IMG/VR virus record: IMGVR_UViG_2802429237_000002
Coordinates: 1 to 30,679 of that record
DNA length: 30,679 bases
Direction: 5' to 3' (one strand)
From: a virus
Lineage: Duplodnaviria; Heunggongvirae; Uroviricota; Caudoviricetes
Below the pieces are notes generated by a model. The model ran no database searches, was not told where the DNA came from, and worked only from the letters and a program-made list of their open reading frames with translations. Shown piece after piece: positions 16,548 through 28,454 of this stretch. Positions within the stretch are counted from its first letter, which is position 1, and every line of letters starts with the position of its first letter. Made by a program: the position numbers and the translations under genes.

Positions 16548-16571
16548 AGCCTCGCGATGCGGGGCTTTTTG
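16548..16571 (+). terminator. Rho-independent terminator downstream of the lysis cassette
   Basis: Stem AGCCUCGC/GCGGGGCU (one G-U pair) with loop GAU, then TTTTT. Confidence 0.55.
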
Positions 16572-16577
16572 CAATAA

Positions 16578-16602
16578 ATGCGTACCGCAACGCATGTTTT
16601 TT
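16578..16602 (+). terminator. Second tandem terminator
   Basis: Stem ATGCGT/ACGCAT (16578-16583 and 16590-16595) with a 6-nt loop, then GTTTTTT. Confidence 0.55.
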
Positions 16603-16717
16603 ACACCGAACCTGCCCCTTTGGAATGGGCCTTTGAGGATACCAGTTAGTGCTGGCGAGCCTCGGTGGGCTGGTTTCCTGTGCGGCAAAGGTTCATTTCA
16701 AAGAGTAGGTACACGCT

Positions 16718-17215
16718 ATGAAATCATTAACCCTCTTCAATCAACCAATTCGTATCGGTGAAGATGGCATGATCTGCCTCACTGATATGTGGAAAGCCAG
16801 TGGTAAAAGTGAATCTGAATCTCCGTACCACTACCTGCGAAACAAGCAGACCAAAGAGTTCTTAGCCGAGCTGGAGAAAAACCACGAATCTGTGGTTTTT
16901 ACTGAGCGCGGTGTACACGGTGGAACATATGGCGGGAAGTTTGTTGCTTATGATTATGCAGCATGGCTAAACCCCGGATTTAAATATGCAGCCTATAAAG
17001 TCCTGGATGACTACTTCACCGGAGAACTTCAGCATCGCAACAGCTTAAGTGCGCAGCTCAATATGAAGTGTCATGAGTTTGATCAGAAAAAAGATATGGC
17101 GAGCTTCTGTGGACAAGGGCTGGCGGCATGGCGCTATACGAAGCCAGTGTTGGTCGCTGAGATTAACTCCCTGGCTAACCAGCTGCAGATAACGATCCCC
17201 GGGCTTCCGGGATGA
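16718..17215 (+). CDS. KilA-N domain protein
   Basis: N-terminal pattern IRIGEDGMICLTDMWKASGK...YLRNKQTKEFLAEL...GGTYGGKFVAYDYAAWLNPGF resembles KilA-N/APSES-type DNA-binding domains. Confidence 0.65.
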   Translation: MKSLTLFNQPIRIGEDGMICLTDMWKASGKSESESPYHYLRNKQTKEFLAELEKNHESVVFTERGVHGGTYGGKFVAYDYAAWLNPGFKYAAYKVLDDYFTGELQHRNSLSAQLNMKCHEFDQKKDMASFCGQGLAAWRYTKPVLVAEINSLANQLQITIPGLPG

Positions 17216-17469
17216 GTGATCGTGTCATTGAATGCGCCTCCAGAGCGGGGCGCGACTTCTCAGAGTTCATGAAAGGCGAGAAGGGCATGATGGAAGCATT
17301 GGCCTCGGTGGATGAGTTTGGCGAGCAGCTGCGCCTCAACGGCTGTGTCAATCATCACTTTGTTAGCTACATGATGCGGAACTCGATCATGCAGGCATTC
17401 ATGGACATGGCAAAAGCCGAGAGGAAAGAAGAGCGCCGGCGTAAGCGAGCGGAAGCAAAAGCGAAGTAG
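17212..17469 (+). CDS. Hypothetical protein (85 aa) with basic Lys/Arg-rich C-terminal tail
   Basis: ATGA coupling to the KilA-N gene; no family recognised. Confidence 0.45.
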   Translation: MSDRVIECASRAGRDFSEFMKGEKGMMEALASVDEFGEQLRLNGCVNHHFVSYMMRNSIMQAFMDMAKAERKEERRRKRAEAKAK

Positions 17470-17568
17470 CCATTACAAAGCCCATCTACTGGTGGGCTTG
17501 ACAATGGCTTATACCCTACACGGGATAACTTAACTGATATCCCTTTTAACGGATAAACGGAGCCAACA

Positions 17569-17811
17569 ATGGCAGAGATTATTCCCATGACTGAAGAACA
17601 GAAATTCCAGTTAGAGATTTACAAGCTGGTCATGAACCAGAACGCAGCCGCAGAGGAAGCATTTCAATTCATTGGCACTGACGAGCTGAAGCTTGAGCTA
17701 TTCAAAATTCACTTCCAGTCAGGCGGCGCTAATTCGGATATCACGATCCGCACATTCGAAGCGGTGCGTAAATCGAAGGAAGCGTTAGACCTGTTCACTA
17801 CCGGAGCATGA
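17569..17811 (+). CDS. Hypothetical protein (80 aa)
   Basis: ORF with GGAG upstream; no family recognised. Confidence 0.45.
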   Translation: MAEIIPMTEEQKFQLEIYKLVMNQNAAAEEAFQFIGTDELKLELFKIHFQSGGANSDITIRTFEAVRKSKEALDLFTTGA

Positions 17812-17812
17812 T

Positions 17813-18004
17813 GTGAGCCGCGTAATCAATTTGGGTAAGGAGAAGAAATTCCCAATTACTCAAGAGCTATACGAGCGGCTGGAAAGCGTCATCCATGATT
17901 ATGGTGAAATCAGTGTATGTGAGGCGATTGGCACACTCGAATTGCTGAAGCAGTCATTGATTGAAAGCATGAAGAGCCAACGACCAGAAATGACAATTAA
18001 GTGA
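17813..18004 (+). CDS. Hypothetical protein (63 aa)
   Basis: Tightly packed after the previous ORF; no family recognised. Confidence 0.4.
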   Translation: MSRVINLGKEKKFPITQELYERLESVIHDYGEISVCEAIGTLELLKQSLIESMKSQRPEMTIK

Positions 18005-18005
18005 G

Positions 18006-18500
18006 ATGAATATGGCAGCACCAAAGGGCAACCGATTTTGGGAGGCCCGCAGTAGTCATGGGCGAAACCCTAAATTCGAATCGCCTGAGGCGCTGTGGGC
18101 TGCTTGTTGTGAATACTTCGAGTGGGTGGAAGCTAACCCGCTATGGGAGATGAAGGCGTTCTCGTATCAGGGTGAAGTGATACAAGAGCCTATCGCCAAG
18201 ATGCGAGCGATGACCATTACCGGACTCACTCTGTTCATTGATGTGACGCTTGAAACATGGCGCACATATCGCCTGCGAGAAGATTTATCTGAAGTCGTTA
18301 CGCGAGCAGAACAGGTCATCTACGACCAGAAATTCTCTGGCGCAGCCGCTGACCTTCTCAACGCTAACATCATCGCCCGTGATTTGGGCCTCAAAGAGCA
18401 GTCGCAAGTTGAAGACGTGACACCTGATAAGGGAGATCGCGATAAGCGGCGCTCTCGTATCAAGGAGCTATTCAACCGTGGAGCTGGACGCGATTCTTGA
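18006..18500 (+). CDS. Terminase small subunit (P22 gp3-like)
   Basis: Matches P22 gp3 as recalled ([38 protein letters not shown]...); the pac-like sequence lies inside; start may be the second ATG at 18012. Confidence 0.8.
   Translation: MNMAAPKGNRFWEARSSHGRNPKFESPEALWAACCEYFEWVEANPLWEMKAFSYQGEVIQEPIAKMRAMTITGLTLFIDVTLETWRTYRLREDLSEVVTRAEQVIYDQKFSGAAADLLNANIIARDLGLKEQSQVEDVTPDKGDRDKRRSRIKELFNRGAGRDS
18279..18300 (+). other. pac-like packaging recognition site within the small terminase gene
   Basis: GAAGATTTATCTGAAGTCGTTA read directly; matches the P22 pac sequence as I recall it. Confidence 0.5.
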
Positions 18501-19977
18501 TAACCTGAGCGATGAAGAGCAAATCGAATTGCTCGAGCTACTCGAAGAAGAAGAGAACTACCGTAACACACACCTGCTATATGAATTTACGCCATACAGC
18601 AAACAGCGTGAGTTCATCGACGCCGGGCATGACTATCCAGAGCGCTGTTTTATGGCTGGTAACCAGCTTGGTAAGTCATTTACTGGTGCTGCTGAAGTCG
18701 CGTTTCACCTTACAGGGCGTTATCCGGGAACAAAAGGCTATCCGGCTGATGGTAAATATGGCGGGGAGTGGAAAGGTAAGCGTTTCTATGAGCCTGTTGT
18801 CTTCTGGATTGGCGGCGAGACAAACGAGACTGTAACCAAAACGACTCAACGCATCCTGTGCGGTCGTATCGAAGAGAATGATGAGCCAGGCTACGGTTCC
18901 ATACCGAAAGAGGACATCATTAGCTGGAAGAAGTCTCCTTTCTTTCCGAACCTTGTTGATCACCTTCTGGTTAAGCATCACACGGCTGATGGCGTTGAAG
19001 ATGGCATTTCAATCTGCTACTTCAAACCATACTCGCAAGGCCGTGCTCGCTGGCAGGGTGACACAATCCACGGCGTGTGGTTTGACGAAGAGCCACCATA
19101 CAGCATTTATGGCGAAGGGCTTACCCGTACCAACAAATACGGGCAATTCTCAATTCTGACGTTTACCCCGCTGATGGGGATGTCTGACGTTGTTACCAAG
19201 TTCCTGAAGAATCCCAGCAAGTCGCAGAAAGTGGTCAACATGACCATCTATGACGCTGAGCACTACACCGACGAGCAGAAAGAGCAAATCATTGCATCCT
19301 ATCCCGAGCATGAGAGAGAGGCGCGTGCTCGCGGTATTCCTACGATGGGTAGCGGTCGAATCTTTCAGATACCGGAAGAGACGATTAAGTGTCAGCCGTT
19401 CGAGTGTCCTGATCACTTCTACGTAATTGGCGGGATGGATTTCGGATGGGATCACCCGCAGGCGCAGGTTCAGCTTTGGTGGGATAAAGACGCAGACACA
19501 ATCTACGTTTCACGCGTGTGGAAGGCGAAAGAAAAAACAGCCGTTCAGGCGTGGGGAGCCGTTAAATCATGGGCGCATAAAGTGCCAACCGCATGGCCTC
19601 ATGACGGAAACCAGCATGAGAAGGGCGGCGGTGAGCAGCTCAAAGGGCAGTATGCAGACGCTGGATTTATGATGTTGCAGGAGCATGCGACATGGCCTGA
19701 TGGCGGTAATGCTGTTGAGCCTGGAATCACTGAATTGCGCGACATGATGCTTGATGGTCGCTTCAAAGTATTCAACACCTGTGAGCCATTCTTTGAGGAG
19801 TTCCGCCTCTATCACCGTGATGAAAACGGGAAAATCGTCAAGCTTAACGACGACGTTCTCTCAGCCGTTCGCTATGCATACATGATGCGCCGCTTCGCAA
19901 AAATGATGCGCGACATCAAAAAACCAAAAGAGAAAAAGATACCAGCCCCAATCAGGCCCATCGCACGGAGAACTTAA
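18478..19977 (+). CDS. Terminase large subunit (P22 gp2-like), GTG start
   Basis: 499 aa; ATPase N-terminal and nuclease C-terminal domains; overlaps the small-subunit gene by 23 nt. Confidence 0.92.
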   Translation: MELDAILDNLSDEEQIELLELLEEEENYRNTHLLYEFTPYSKQREFIDAGHDYPERCFMAGNQLGKSFTGAAEVAFHLTGRYPGTKGYPADGKYGGEWKGKRFYEPVVFWIGGETNETVTKTTQRILCGRIEENDEPGYGSIPKEDIISWKKSPFFPNLVDHLLVKHHTADGVEDGISICYFKPYSQGRARWQGDTIHGVWFDEEPPYSIYGEGLTRTNKYGQFSILTFTPLMGMSDVVTKFLKNPSKSQKVVNMTIYDAEHYTDEQKEQIIASYPEHEREARARGIPTMGSGRIFQIPEETIKCQPFECPDHFYVIGGMDFGWDHPQAQVQLWWDKDADTIYVSRVWKAKEKTAVQAWGAVKSWAHKVPTAWPHDGNQHEKGGGEQLKGQYADAGFMMLQEHATWPDGGNAVEPGITELRDMMLDGRFKVFNTCEPFFEEFRLYHRDENGKIVKLNDDVLSAVRYAYMMRRFAKMMRDIKKPKEKKIPAPIRPIARRT

Positions 19978-22143
19978 ATGGCCGACGAAAACAGACTCAA
20001 TTCGATTCTGTGTAAGTTTGACGCGGACTGGATGGCGAGCGATGAAGCCAGAACCGAGGCGACAAATGACCTGTATTTTAGCCGAGTGTCGCAATGGGAT
20101 GACTGGCTATCAAACTACACGACCCTGCAATATCGCGGACAATTCGATGTTGTTCGCCCGGTGGTCAGGAAGCTGGTCGCAGAGATGCGCCGGAACCCTA
20201 TCGACGTTCTCTTCCGACCAAAAGACGGTGCTAATCCTGATGCAGCCGATGTGTTGATGGGGATGTATCGTACTGATATGCGCCATAACACGGCAAAGAT
20301 TGCCGTTAACGTTGGCGTTCGTGAGCAGATAGAGTCCGGCGTTGGTGCATGGCGTCTGGTCACGCAGTACGAAGACAACGATCCAACAAGCAACAATCAG
20401 GTAATTCGACGCCTGCCAATCCATGAAGCCTGCTCACACGTCATATGGGACGCAAACAGCAAGCAGATGGATAAGAGCGACGCTAAGCACTGCACGGTGA
20501 TTAACGCTTTGTCACGCAATGGCTGGAAAGAGTTCGCAGAGGATTACGGTATTGATCCGGATACCTTGCCATCTTTCCAGAATCCGAACGATACATGGCT
20601 GTTCCCTTGGGTATCGAATGATGTCGTCTACGTCGCTGAGTATTACGAGGTCGAAGAGAAGAAAGAGAAGGTCTTCATCTACCGCGACCCGCTGACAGGT
20701 GAGCCGGTCAGCTATTACCAGCAGGATATCAAAGACGTCATCGACGACCTGGCTAATCGTGGATTCATTAAGGTAGCAGAGCGTAAGGTCAAGCGTCGGC
20801 GTGTGTATAAGTCGATCATCACCTGCACGCAGATACTGAAAGACCGCGAGAAGATAGCCGGAGAGCATATTCCAATCGTTCCAGTGTATGGCGAATGGTC
20901 ATTCGCTGGTGACAAGGAGTGCTACGAAGGAGTGGTAAGGCTGACGAAAGACGGTCAACGCCTTCGTAACATGATCATGTCATTCAACGCCGATATTGTT
21001 GCTCGCTCACCGAAGAAGAAACCGACCTTCTTCCCTGAGCAAATCGAAGGCTACGAATACATGTACGGTGGAAATGATGACTATCCGTACTATCTGCAGA
21101 ACAGGACCGATGAAAACGGTAACGACCTGCCGATTGGTCCAATCTCCTACATGGAAAACCCTGAAGTGCCGCAAGCCAACGCTTACATGCTTGAGGCTGC
21201 CACCAACGCAGTGAAAGAGGTGGCTAGTCTTGGTGTGGATGCGCAGGCAGCAAACTCTCAGGTCGCTTTCGATACCGTCAATCAACTGAACATGCGGGCA
21301 GACCTTGAGACATACGTGTTTCAGGATAACCTGGCTACCGCAATGCGACGTGATGGCGAGATTTATGCCTCAATGGTCAACGATATTTATGACATTCCTC
21401 GTCATGTAACGCTGACACTTGAAGATGGAAGCGAGAAAGACGTTCAACTCTATGCGCAAGTTGTCGATTACCAGTCTGGCAATGTGGTCACACTCAACGA
21501 CATTCGCGGTCGATATGAGTGCTATACAGACGTTGGGCCATCCTTCCAGAGTATGAAGGAACAGAACCGCGCAGAGATTCAGGAGTTGCTCACCAAGGTT
21601 CCGCAAGGTACTCCAGAGTTCCAGATGCTGATGCTGCAATACTTCACGCTGCTTGACGGTAAAGGCGTCGAGATGATGCGAGAGTACGCGAACAAGCAAC
21701 TGGTGATGATGGGGCTGAAGAAACCAGAAACACCTGAAGAGATGGAGATGGTACAGCAGGCTCAACAGCAGCTGCAGCAGCCATCAGCAGAGCAAATTCA
21801 GGCACAGGGTATCCTTCTGCAAGGTCAGGCTGAATTGCTCAAGGCAGAGAACCAACAGGCGCAGATTCAGGTTGAAGCCGCCAAGGTTGAAGCCCAAAAC
21901 CAACTCAACGCCGCGAAGATTGCAGAAATCTTCAACAATATGGACCTCGACAAGCAGGCAGAACTGCGTGAGTACCTCAAGCTCGTAGGTCAATTCCAGC
22001 AACAGCGCAGCAAAGATGCTCGTGCTAACGCTGAGCTGCTTCTTAAAGATGCAGACCAGACTCATTCACAACGCATGGATTTCGCGAATCTTATGCGTCA
22101 AGTTCAAATCCCCTCCGGCGGAGTAGCCGAGACACCTCAATAA
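19978..22143 (+). CDS. Portal protein (P22 gp1-like)
   Basis: 721 aa; extensive similarity to P22 portal as recalled, including the Gln-rich C-terminal helical barrel region. Confidence 0.92.
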   Translation: MADENRLNSILCKFDADWMASDEARTEATNDLYFSRVSQWDDWLSNYTTLQYRGQFDVVRPVVRKLVAEMRRNPIDVLFRPKDGANPDAADVLMGMYRTDMRHNTAKIAVNVGVREQIESGVGAWRLVTQYEDNDPTSNNQVIRRLPIHEACSHVIWDANSKQMDKSDAKHCTVINALSRNGWKEFAEDYGIDPDTLPSFQNPNDTWLFPWVSNDVVYVAEYYEVEEKKEKVFIYRDPLTGEPVSYYQQDIKDVIDDLANRGFIKVAERKVKRRRVYKSIITCTQILKDREKIAGEHIPIVPVYGEWSFAGDKECYEGVVRLTKDGQRLRNMIMSFNADIVARSPKKKPTFFPEQIEGYEYMYGGNDDYPYYLQNRTDENGNDLPIGPISYMENPEVPQANAYMLEAATNAVKEVASLGVDAQAANSQVAFDTVNQLNMRADLETYVFQDNLATAMRRDGEIYASMVNDIYDIPRHVTLTLEDGSEKDVQLYAQVVDYQSGNVVTLNDIRGRYECYTDVGPSFQSMKEQNRAEIQELLTKVPQGTPEFQMLMLQYFTLLDGKGVEMMREYANKQLVMMGLKKPETPEEMEMVQQAQQQLQQPSAEQIQAQGILLQGQAELLKAENQQAQIQVEAAKVEAQNQLNAAKIAEIFNNMDLDKQAELREYLKLVGQFQQQRSKDARANAELLLKDADQTHSQRMDFANLMRQVQIPSGGVAETPQ

Positions 22144-22156
22144 GAGAGAGTTAATC

Positions 22157-23068
22157 ATGGACCAAACCACCGACATTCAGGCTTCTGAAGAATTAACCCT
22201 GCCCGGCAATCATGCAGCGGCATCTGCTGATGGCTTAGTTGTCGATAATGCCAACGACAACGCAGGTCAGGAAGAAGGCTTCGAGATTGTCCTGAAAGAC
22301 GATGAGAAACCAAAACAAGACCCGGCAACTAATGCTGAATTTGCCCGTCGCCGCATCGAACGCAAACGCCAGCGTGAGCTTGAGCAGCAGATGGAAGCAG
22401 TTAAGCGTGGAGAGTTGCCGGAGCACCTGCGGGTGAACCCTGAGTTACCAAAACAACCAGACCCTAACGATTATCTTTCCGAAGATGCACTGGCTAAGTA
22501 CGACTATGACCAGAGCCGCGCACTGGCTGCCTTCCAGCAGGCAAACAGTGAATGGCAGATCAAGGCTATGGACGCACGAAGCCAGGCTGTCGCCGAGCAG
22601 GGTCGCAAAACTCAGGAGTTCACCCAGCAATCAGCGCAATACGTCGAGGCAGCCCGTAAGCACTACGACGCAGCGGAAAAGCTCAATATCCCTGACTATC
22701 AGGAGAAAGAGGATGCATTCATGCAACTGGTGCCGCCAGCAGTCGGTGCCGACATCATGCGCCTCTTCCCGGAGAAATCCGCTGCTCTCATGTATCACCT
22801 TGGTGCTAATCCTGAGAAAACACGCCAGTTGCTGGCAATGGACGGGCAATCCGCGCTGATTGAACTCACTCGACTGTCAGAACGTTTAACTCTCAAGCCT
22901 CGAGCCAAGCCTGTTTCAGAAGCCCCGTTACCTGATGAACCAATTCAGGGACACGCTGTTGCTGCAAATATCTCTGCGATTGAAAAGCAGATGGAAGCGG
23001 CAGCAAACAAAGGGGATGTAGAGACGTACCGCAAGCTCAAGGCGCAACTGAATAAAGGAATTCGATAA
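22157..23068 (+). CDS. Scaffolding protein (P22 gp8-like)
   Basis: 303 aa; same length and highly similar to P22 gp8 as recalled; TAATG coupling to the coat gene. Confidence 0.85.
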   Translation: MDQTTDIQASEELTLPGNHAAASADGLVVDNANDNAGQEEGFEIVLKDDEKPKQDPATNAEFARRRIERKRQRELEQQMEAVKRGELPEHLRVNPELPKQPDPNDYLSEDALAKYDYDQSRALAAFQQANSEWQIKAMDARSQAVAEQGRKTQEFTQQSAQYVEAARKHYDAAEKLNIPDYQEKEDAFMQLVPPAVGADIMRLFPEKSAALMYHLGANPEKTRQLLAMDGQSALIELTRLSERLTLKPRAKPVSEAPLPDEPIQGHAVAANISAIEKQMEAAANKGDVETYRKLKAQLNKGIR

Positions 23069-24363
23069 TGGCATTAAATGAAGGTCAACTGGTCACGTAT
23101 GCTCTGGATGAAATCATCGAAACCGTCCAGAATCTGACGCCAATGGCGTCCAAAGTGACAAAATACACCCCTCCGGCAGAATACATGCAGCGTTCAAGCA
23201 ACACCGTGTGGATGCCTGTTGAGCAGGAAGCGCCAACCCAGACTGGCTGGGATTTAACTGGCAACGCTACCGGTATTCTGGAACTGTCCGTGAAATGCAA
23301 CATGGGCGATCCGGATAACGATTTCTTCGAGCTTCGTGCAGATGACCTGCGTGATGAGCGTTCTTACCGTCGCCGCATCCAGGCATCCGCCAAAAAACTG
23401 GCGAATAACATTGAGTCAGCGATTGCCAAACAGGCAACTGAAATGGGCTCACTTGTTGTTCACGATACCCGCGCAATTGGTCCATCTACTGGTCTGTCTG
23501 GCTGGGATTTTGTGTCTGATGCAGAGCGCCTGATGTTCTCCCGCGAGCTAAACCGCGACATGGGAATCAGTTACTTCCTGAACCCTGACGATTACCGCAA
23601 AGCAGGCCGCAACCTGGTAGATGGTGACATCTTCGGGCGCGTTCCTGAAGAAGCATATCGCAACGGTACTATTCAGCGTCAGATTGCTGGCTTTGATGAA
23701 ATTCTTCGCTCACCGAAACTTCCGGCAGTTACCAAGTCAACCGCTACTGGTGTAACTGTTTCTGGTGCGCAGAAGTTTAAGCCGCAGGCATACACCCTTG
23801 ATACCGATGGTAACAAAGAGAACGTCGACAACCGTGTTGCAACGGTGACCGTATCCTCCACCACCGGATTTAAGCGCGGCGACAAAATCAGCTTCACTGG
23901 TGTGAAATTCCTGTCTCAGATGGCGAAGAACGTGCTGACTGATGATGCGACTTTCTCAATCACCCGTGTGATCGATGGTACTCACATCGAAATCACGCCG
24001 AAGCCGATTGCGCTTGATGACGCTTCACTGACAAAAGAAGAGAAGGCTTACGCTAATGTAAACACATCTCTTGCTGATGCCACTCCGGTAAACGTTCTGA
24101 ACGTGGCAACAACCACCGCTAACGTGTTCTGGGCTGATGACTCAATCCGCCTGCTGTCTCAGCCGATCCCGGTAACCCATGAACTGTTTGCTGGCATGAA
24201 AACGTCTTCCTTCAGCATTCCTGGTATTGGTATTAACGGCATCTTCGCAACGCAGGGTGATATCAACACTCTGTCTGGTAAGTGCCGTATTGCTATGTGG
24301 TATTCAGCATGTGCTGTGCGACCAGAGGCAATTGGCGTTGGTCTGCCTAACCAGACTGCGTGA
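23068..24363 (+). CDS. Major capsid (coat) protein (P22 gp5-like, HK97 fold)
   Basis: 431 aa; conserved blocks shared with P22 coat ([19 protein letters not shown]...GIFATQGDI...TLSG). Confidence 0.92.
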   Translation: MALNEGQLVTYALDEIIETVQNLTPMASKVTKYTPPAEYMQRSSNTVWMPVEQEAPTQTGWDLTGNATGILELSVKCNMGDPDNDFFELRADDLRDERSYRRRIQASAKKLANNIESAIAKQATEMGSLVVHDTRAIGPSTGLSGWDFVSDAERLMFSRELNRDMGISYFLNPDDYRKAGRNLVDGDIFGRVPEEAYRNGTIQRQIAGFDEILRSPKLPAVTKSTATGVTVSGAQKFKPQAYTLDTDGNKENVDNRVATVTVSSTTGFKRGDKISFTGVKFLSQMAKNVLTDDATFSITRVIDGTHIEITPKPIALDDASLTKEEKAYANVNTSLADATPVNVLNVATTTANVFWADDSIRLLSQPIPVTHELFAGMKTSSFSIPGIGINGIFATQGDINTLSGKCRIAMWYSACAVRPEAIGVGLPNQTA

Positions 24364-24370
24364 TAACCAG

Positions 24371-24393
24371 AGGGAGCTTCGGCTCCCTTTTTT
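24371..24393 (+). terminator. Intrinsic terminator immediately after the coat gene (UUCG tetraloop)
   Basis: AGGGAGC-UUCG-GCUCCCU stem-loop (24371-24388) followed by a T-run to 24393. Confidence 0.6.
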
Positions 24394-24407
24394 ATCTGGA
24401 GACAAAC

Positions 24408-24675
<268 letters not shown>

Positions 24676-24698
<23 letters not shown>

Positions 24699-25176
24699 TT
24701 TAGTTCTTGCGGCATTACGTAAGCTCGGTGTGGCATCAAATGCCACGTTAACCGATGTCGAACCGCAGTCCATGGAAGATGGCGTCAATGATCTTGAAAT
24801 GATGATGGCTGAATGGCTTGGCGGTGATGCGTCACCAGGTATCAACGTTGGCTACATTTTCGCTGATGCAGATGTCGCTCCAGATCCTGGCGATGAACAC
24901 GGCTTATCAAATAACGCTATCAATGCCGTCATTTTCAACCTTGCCTGCCGCATTGCTCCGGATTATGCGCTGGAAGCGTCTGCAAAACTTATAACCACTG
25001 CCAGATACGGGAAAGAGCGACTCGTCAAACTGTCTGCAATGGACAGAGCAAAAGCCGCAAAATGTAAGTCCGGTTATCCAAACCGTATGCCTGTTGGCAG
25101 TGGAAACCAGTTGGCGAAGTGGAACGGTTGGAATTACTTCCACCGAAAGGAACCTTGCGATAACGGGAGCGAATAA
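24676..25176 (+). CDS. Head completion / portal-plug protein (P22 gp4-like)
   Basis: 166 aa from the ATG at 24676 ([33 protein letters not shown]...), matching P22 gp4 length and N-terminus as recalled; the longer track ORF upstream is a repeat-read-through artifact. Confidence 0.75.
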
Positions 25177-26594
25177 TGCCGATTCAGCAACTTCCGCTTA
25201 TGAAAGGTGTCGGCAAAGACTTTCGAAACGCCGACTATATCGACTATCTGCCAGTGAATATGTTGGCTACACCCAAAGAAATCCTGAACAGCAGCGGATA
25301 TCTTCGCTCATTCCCTGGCATTGCCAAACGCTCTGATGTGAACGGTGTATCTCGCGGCGTCGAGTACAACATGGCGCAGAATGCTGTTTATCGTGTGTGT
25401 GGCGGCAAGCTCTACAAAGGCGAAAGCGAAGTCGGTGACGTCGCCGGAAGTGGTCGCGTATCAATGGCGCATGGTCGAACATCTCAGGCTGTAGGCGTTA
25501 ATGGTCAACTGGTTGAGTATCGTTATGATGGCACGGTTAAAACCGTCTCAAACTGGCCTACAGACAGCGGATTCACGCAGTATGAGTTAGGCTCAGTCCG
25601 CGACATTACGCGCTTACGTGGGCGTTATGCGTGGTCAAAAGACGGAACTGATTCATGGTTTATCACTGACCTTGAAGACGAATCGCACCCTGACCGATAC
25701 AGTGCACAATATCGCGCCGAATCGCAGCCTGACGGCATCATCGGCATCGGGACATGGCGAGACTTCATCGTCTGCTTTGGTTCATCGACTATTGAATATT
25801 TCTCCCTTACTGGCGCAACCACCGTTGGTGCCGCTTTGTATGTCGCACAGCCATCACTGATGGTGCAAAAAGGCATCGCCGGGACTTACTGCAAAACGCC
25901 GTTTGCTGATTCTTATGCATTCATCAGCAATCCGGCAACAGGTGCGCCGTCTGTATACATCATCGGATCCGGTCAGGTATCACCAATCGCCAGCGCGAGC
26001 ATTGAGAAAATTCTCCGCTCCTACACTGCTGATGAACTGGCTGATGGCGTGATGGAATCGCTGCGATTTGATGCGCATGAGTTGCTGATTATCCACCTTC
26101 CGCGTCATGTTCTCGTGTACGACGCATCTTCAAGCGCCAATGGTCCGCAATGGTGTGTGTTGAAAACTGGCTTGTATGACGATGTGTACCGCGCTATCGA
26201 CTTCATTTACGAAGGCAATCAGATAACGTGCGGCGATAAGCTGGAATCCGTGACCGGGAAATTGCAGTTCGATATCAGCAGCCAGTACGACAAGCAACAG
26301 GAACATCTGCTGTTTACTCCGCTGTTCAAAGCGGATAACGCAAGAGTGTTCGACCTTGAGGTTGAATCGTCAACTGGTGTTGCGCAGTACGCCGACCGCC
26401 TGTTCCTCTCTGCAACCACTGACGGCATCAATTACGGGCGTGAGCAGATGATTGAGCAGAATGAACCGTTCGTTTACGACAAGCGTGTTTTGTGGAAACG
26501 AGTCGGGCGCATCAGGAAAAATGTCGGCTTCAAATTGCGCGTTATCACGAAGTCACCTGTCACTCTGTCTGGCTGCCAGATAAGGATTGAGTAA
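25176..26594 (+). CDS. Head completion / tail hub protein (P22 gp10-like)
   Basis: 472 aa, same length and position as P22 gp10; TAATG coupling. Confidence 0.8.
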   Translation: MPIQQLPLMKGVGKDFRNADYIDYLPVNMLATPKEILNSSGYLRSFPGIAKRSDVNGVSRGVEYNMAQNAVYRVCGGKLYKGESEVGDVAGSGRVSMAHGRTSQAVGVNGQLVEYRYDGTVKTVSNWPTDSGFTQYELGSVRDITRLRGRYAWSKDGTDSWFITDLEDESHPDRYSAQYRAESQPDGIIGIGTWRDFIVCFGSSTIEYFSLTGATTVGAALYVAQPSLMVQKGIAGTYCKTPFADSYAFISNPATGAPSVYIIGSGQVSPIASASIEKILRSYTADELADGVMESLRFDAHELLIIHLPRHVLVYDASSSANGPQWCVLKTGLYDDVYRAIDFIYEGNQITCGDKLESVTGKLQFDISSQYDKQQEHLLFTPLFKADNARVFDLEVESSTGVAQYADRLFLSATTDGINYGREQMIEQNEPFVYDKRVLWKRVGRIRKNVGFKLRVITKSPVTLSGCQIRIE

Positions 26595-27295
26595 TGGCTG
26601 ATTCGAATCTCAATGAGCCGGTAACAATTCAGGCTACACGACTCGATACATCAATCCTTCCACGCAATATATTCAGCCAGTCTTACCTACTATATGTCAT
26701 AAATCAGGGAGCTGATGTCGCTGCAATTGCTGGGAAGGCAAATCAGGCTGGTCAGGGCGCTTACGATGCCCAGGTAAAAAACGATGAACAGGATGTCGAA
26801 CTGGCTGATCACGACGCAAGAATCACCGCAAACACAAAAGCGATAAATCTACTTGAGGTCAGGTTAACAACTGCCGAAGGGAAGATAGTCGTACTGCGTA
26901 GCGATGTTGATTACTTGCTGGATGAGGTTATCGATATTCAGGCGCATCTGGTCACTGTTGACCAAAGACTGGATGACGTAGAAAACAATGTCTCTGGCAT
27001 TAAGAGTGATTACGTATCGAAAACCGTAACCGAATCGCAGTCTCTTGCGTCACCGCTGGATGTAAAAACATCATATTCAGTTGATGGAATTCAGGTTGTT
27101 GGAGCAAGAAATACCGGATGGACTGCAGCCACAGGTACACCTCTTCTTGGCTCATTCAACGCTAACCAGTCATACACGGTCGGCACTACGTACACACAAT
27201 CCGAAGTCGCGGCTCTCGCTACAGGTTTGCAGCAGGCGCGGCAGCGTATTCTGGCGCTTGAAACGGCACTTAGATTACATGGGCTGATTGACTGA
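26594..27295 (+). CDS. Tail needle protein (P22 gp26-like)
   Basis: 233 aa; conserved N-terminal (MAD...[17 protein letters not shown]) and C-terminal ([20 protein letters not shown]) blocks with a heptad-rich coiled-coil centre. Confidence 0.75.
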   Translation: MADSNLNEPVTIQATRLDTSILPRNIFSQSYLLYVINQGADVAAIAGKANQAGQGAYDAQVKNDEQDVELADHDARITANTKAINLLEVRLTTAEGKIVVLRSDVDYLLDEVIDIQAHLVTVDQRLDDVENNVSGIKSDYVSKTVTESQSLASPLDVKTSYSVDGIQVVGARNTGWTAATGTPLLGSFNANQSYTVGTTYTQSEVAALATGLQQARQRILALETALRLHGLID

Positions 27296-27750
27296 TGATT
27301 ACATTCAAACCAACGCGAAACATCGACCTGATAGAAGCCGTAGGAAATCACCCTGACATTATCGCCGGGAGCAACAACGGTGATGGATACGACTACAAAC
27401 CTGATTGCCGTTACTTTGAGGTGAACGTGCATGGGCAGTTCGGCGGAATTGTTTACTATCAGGAGATTCAGCCGCTCACCTTTGATTGCCACGCCATGTA
27501 CCTGCCAGAGATTCGCGGCTTCAGCAAGGAAATCGGGATGGCGTTCTGGCGATACATTCTGACTAACACCACCGTTCAGTGCGTCACATCGTTCGCTGCA
27601 CGCAAATTCCGCCACGGGCAGATGTACTGCGCAATGATTGGCCTTAAGCGTGTAGGAACCATCAAGAAATACTTCAAAGGCGTGGATGACGTGACGTTTT
27701 ACAGCGCCACACGCGAAGAACTAATCGACTTCCTGAATCACGGGAGATAG
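27295..27750 (+). CDS. Putative head assembly protein (P22 gp14 position)
   Basis: 151 aa; assignment by position after the needle gene; no motif recognised. Confidence 0.5.
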   Translation: MITFKPTRNIDLIEAVGNHPDIIAGSNNGDGYDYKPDCRYFEVNVHGQFGGIVYYQEIQPLTFDCHAMYLPEIRGFSKEIGMAFWRYILTNTTVQCVTSFAARKFRHGQMYCAMIGLKRVGTIKKYFKGVDDVTFYSATREELIDFLNHGR

Positions 27751-27752
27751 CC

Positions 27753-28445
27753 ATGTTATATGCATTTAAGCTGGGCAGAAAACTGCGCGGCGAGGAACCT
27801 TATTTCCCTGAAAAAGGCGGGAAAGGTGGCTCCGATAAAAGCGCAAAGTATGCAGCAGAAGCTCAGAAGTATGCCGCAGACCTGCAAAATCAGCAGTTCA
27901 ACATCATCATGAACAACCTGAAACCGTTTACTCCTCTGGCTGAGAAGTATGTCGGCAGCCTCGAGAACTTATCGTCTCTGGAGGGGCAAGGTCAGGCGCT
28001 TAACCAGTATTACAACTCTCAGCAGTACAAAGACCTTGCTGGTCAGGCGCGCTATCAGAGTCTGGCGGCAGCGGAAGCAACAGGTGGATTAGGTTCCACC
28101 GCAACCAGTAATCAGTTAGCAACAATCGCACCAACTCTTGGCCAGCAATGGCTATCTGGACAAATGAACAACTACCAGAATCTGGCAAATATTGGTCTTG
28201 GCGCTCTTCAGGGGCAGGCAAACGCCGGGCAAACATATGCCAACAACATGAGCCAGATTTCACAGCAAAGCGCGGCACTGGCGGCGGCAAACGCTAATAG
28301 ACCTTCCGGTCTTCAATCTGCAATAGGTGGGGCTGCCTCTGGAGCAATTGCTGGAGCACAGCTTGGCAGCATTGTTCCAGGTATTGGTACTGGTATTGGT
28401 GCTGCTGTTGGCGGCGGTCTTGGTCTGCTTGGCTCGTTGTTTTAA
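27753..28445 (+). CDS. Ejection (internal) protein, P22 gp7-like
   Basis: 230 aa; low-complexity Gln/Ala/Asn-rich body and Gly-rich hydrophobic C-terminus (GIGTGIGAAVGGGLGLLGSLF). Confidence 0.65.
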   Translation: MLYAFKLGRKLRGEEPYFPEKGGKGGSDKSAKYAAEAQKYAADLQNQQFNIIMNNLKPFTPLAEKYVGSLENLSSLEGQGQALNQYYNSQQYKDLAGQARYQSLAAAEATGGLGSTATSNQLATIAPTLGQQWLSGQMNNYQNLANIGLGALQGQANAGQTYANNMSQISQQSAALAAANANRPSGLQSAIGGAASGAIAGAQLGSIVPGIGTGIGAAVGGGLGLLGSLF

Positions 28446-28454
28446 GGGGTAATC

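Noticed and set aside
19000-22100. Numerous antisense or alternative-frame ORFs inside the terminase and portal genes (for example 19150..19455, 20512..20868, 21370..21765)
   Set aside because: Embedded within long, well-supported structural genes on the opposite strand or frame, without RBSs; typical spurious ORFs.
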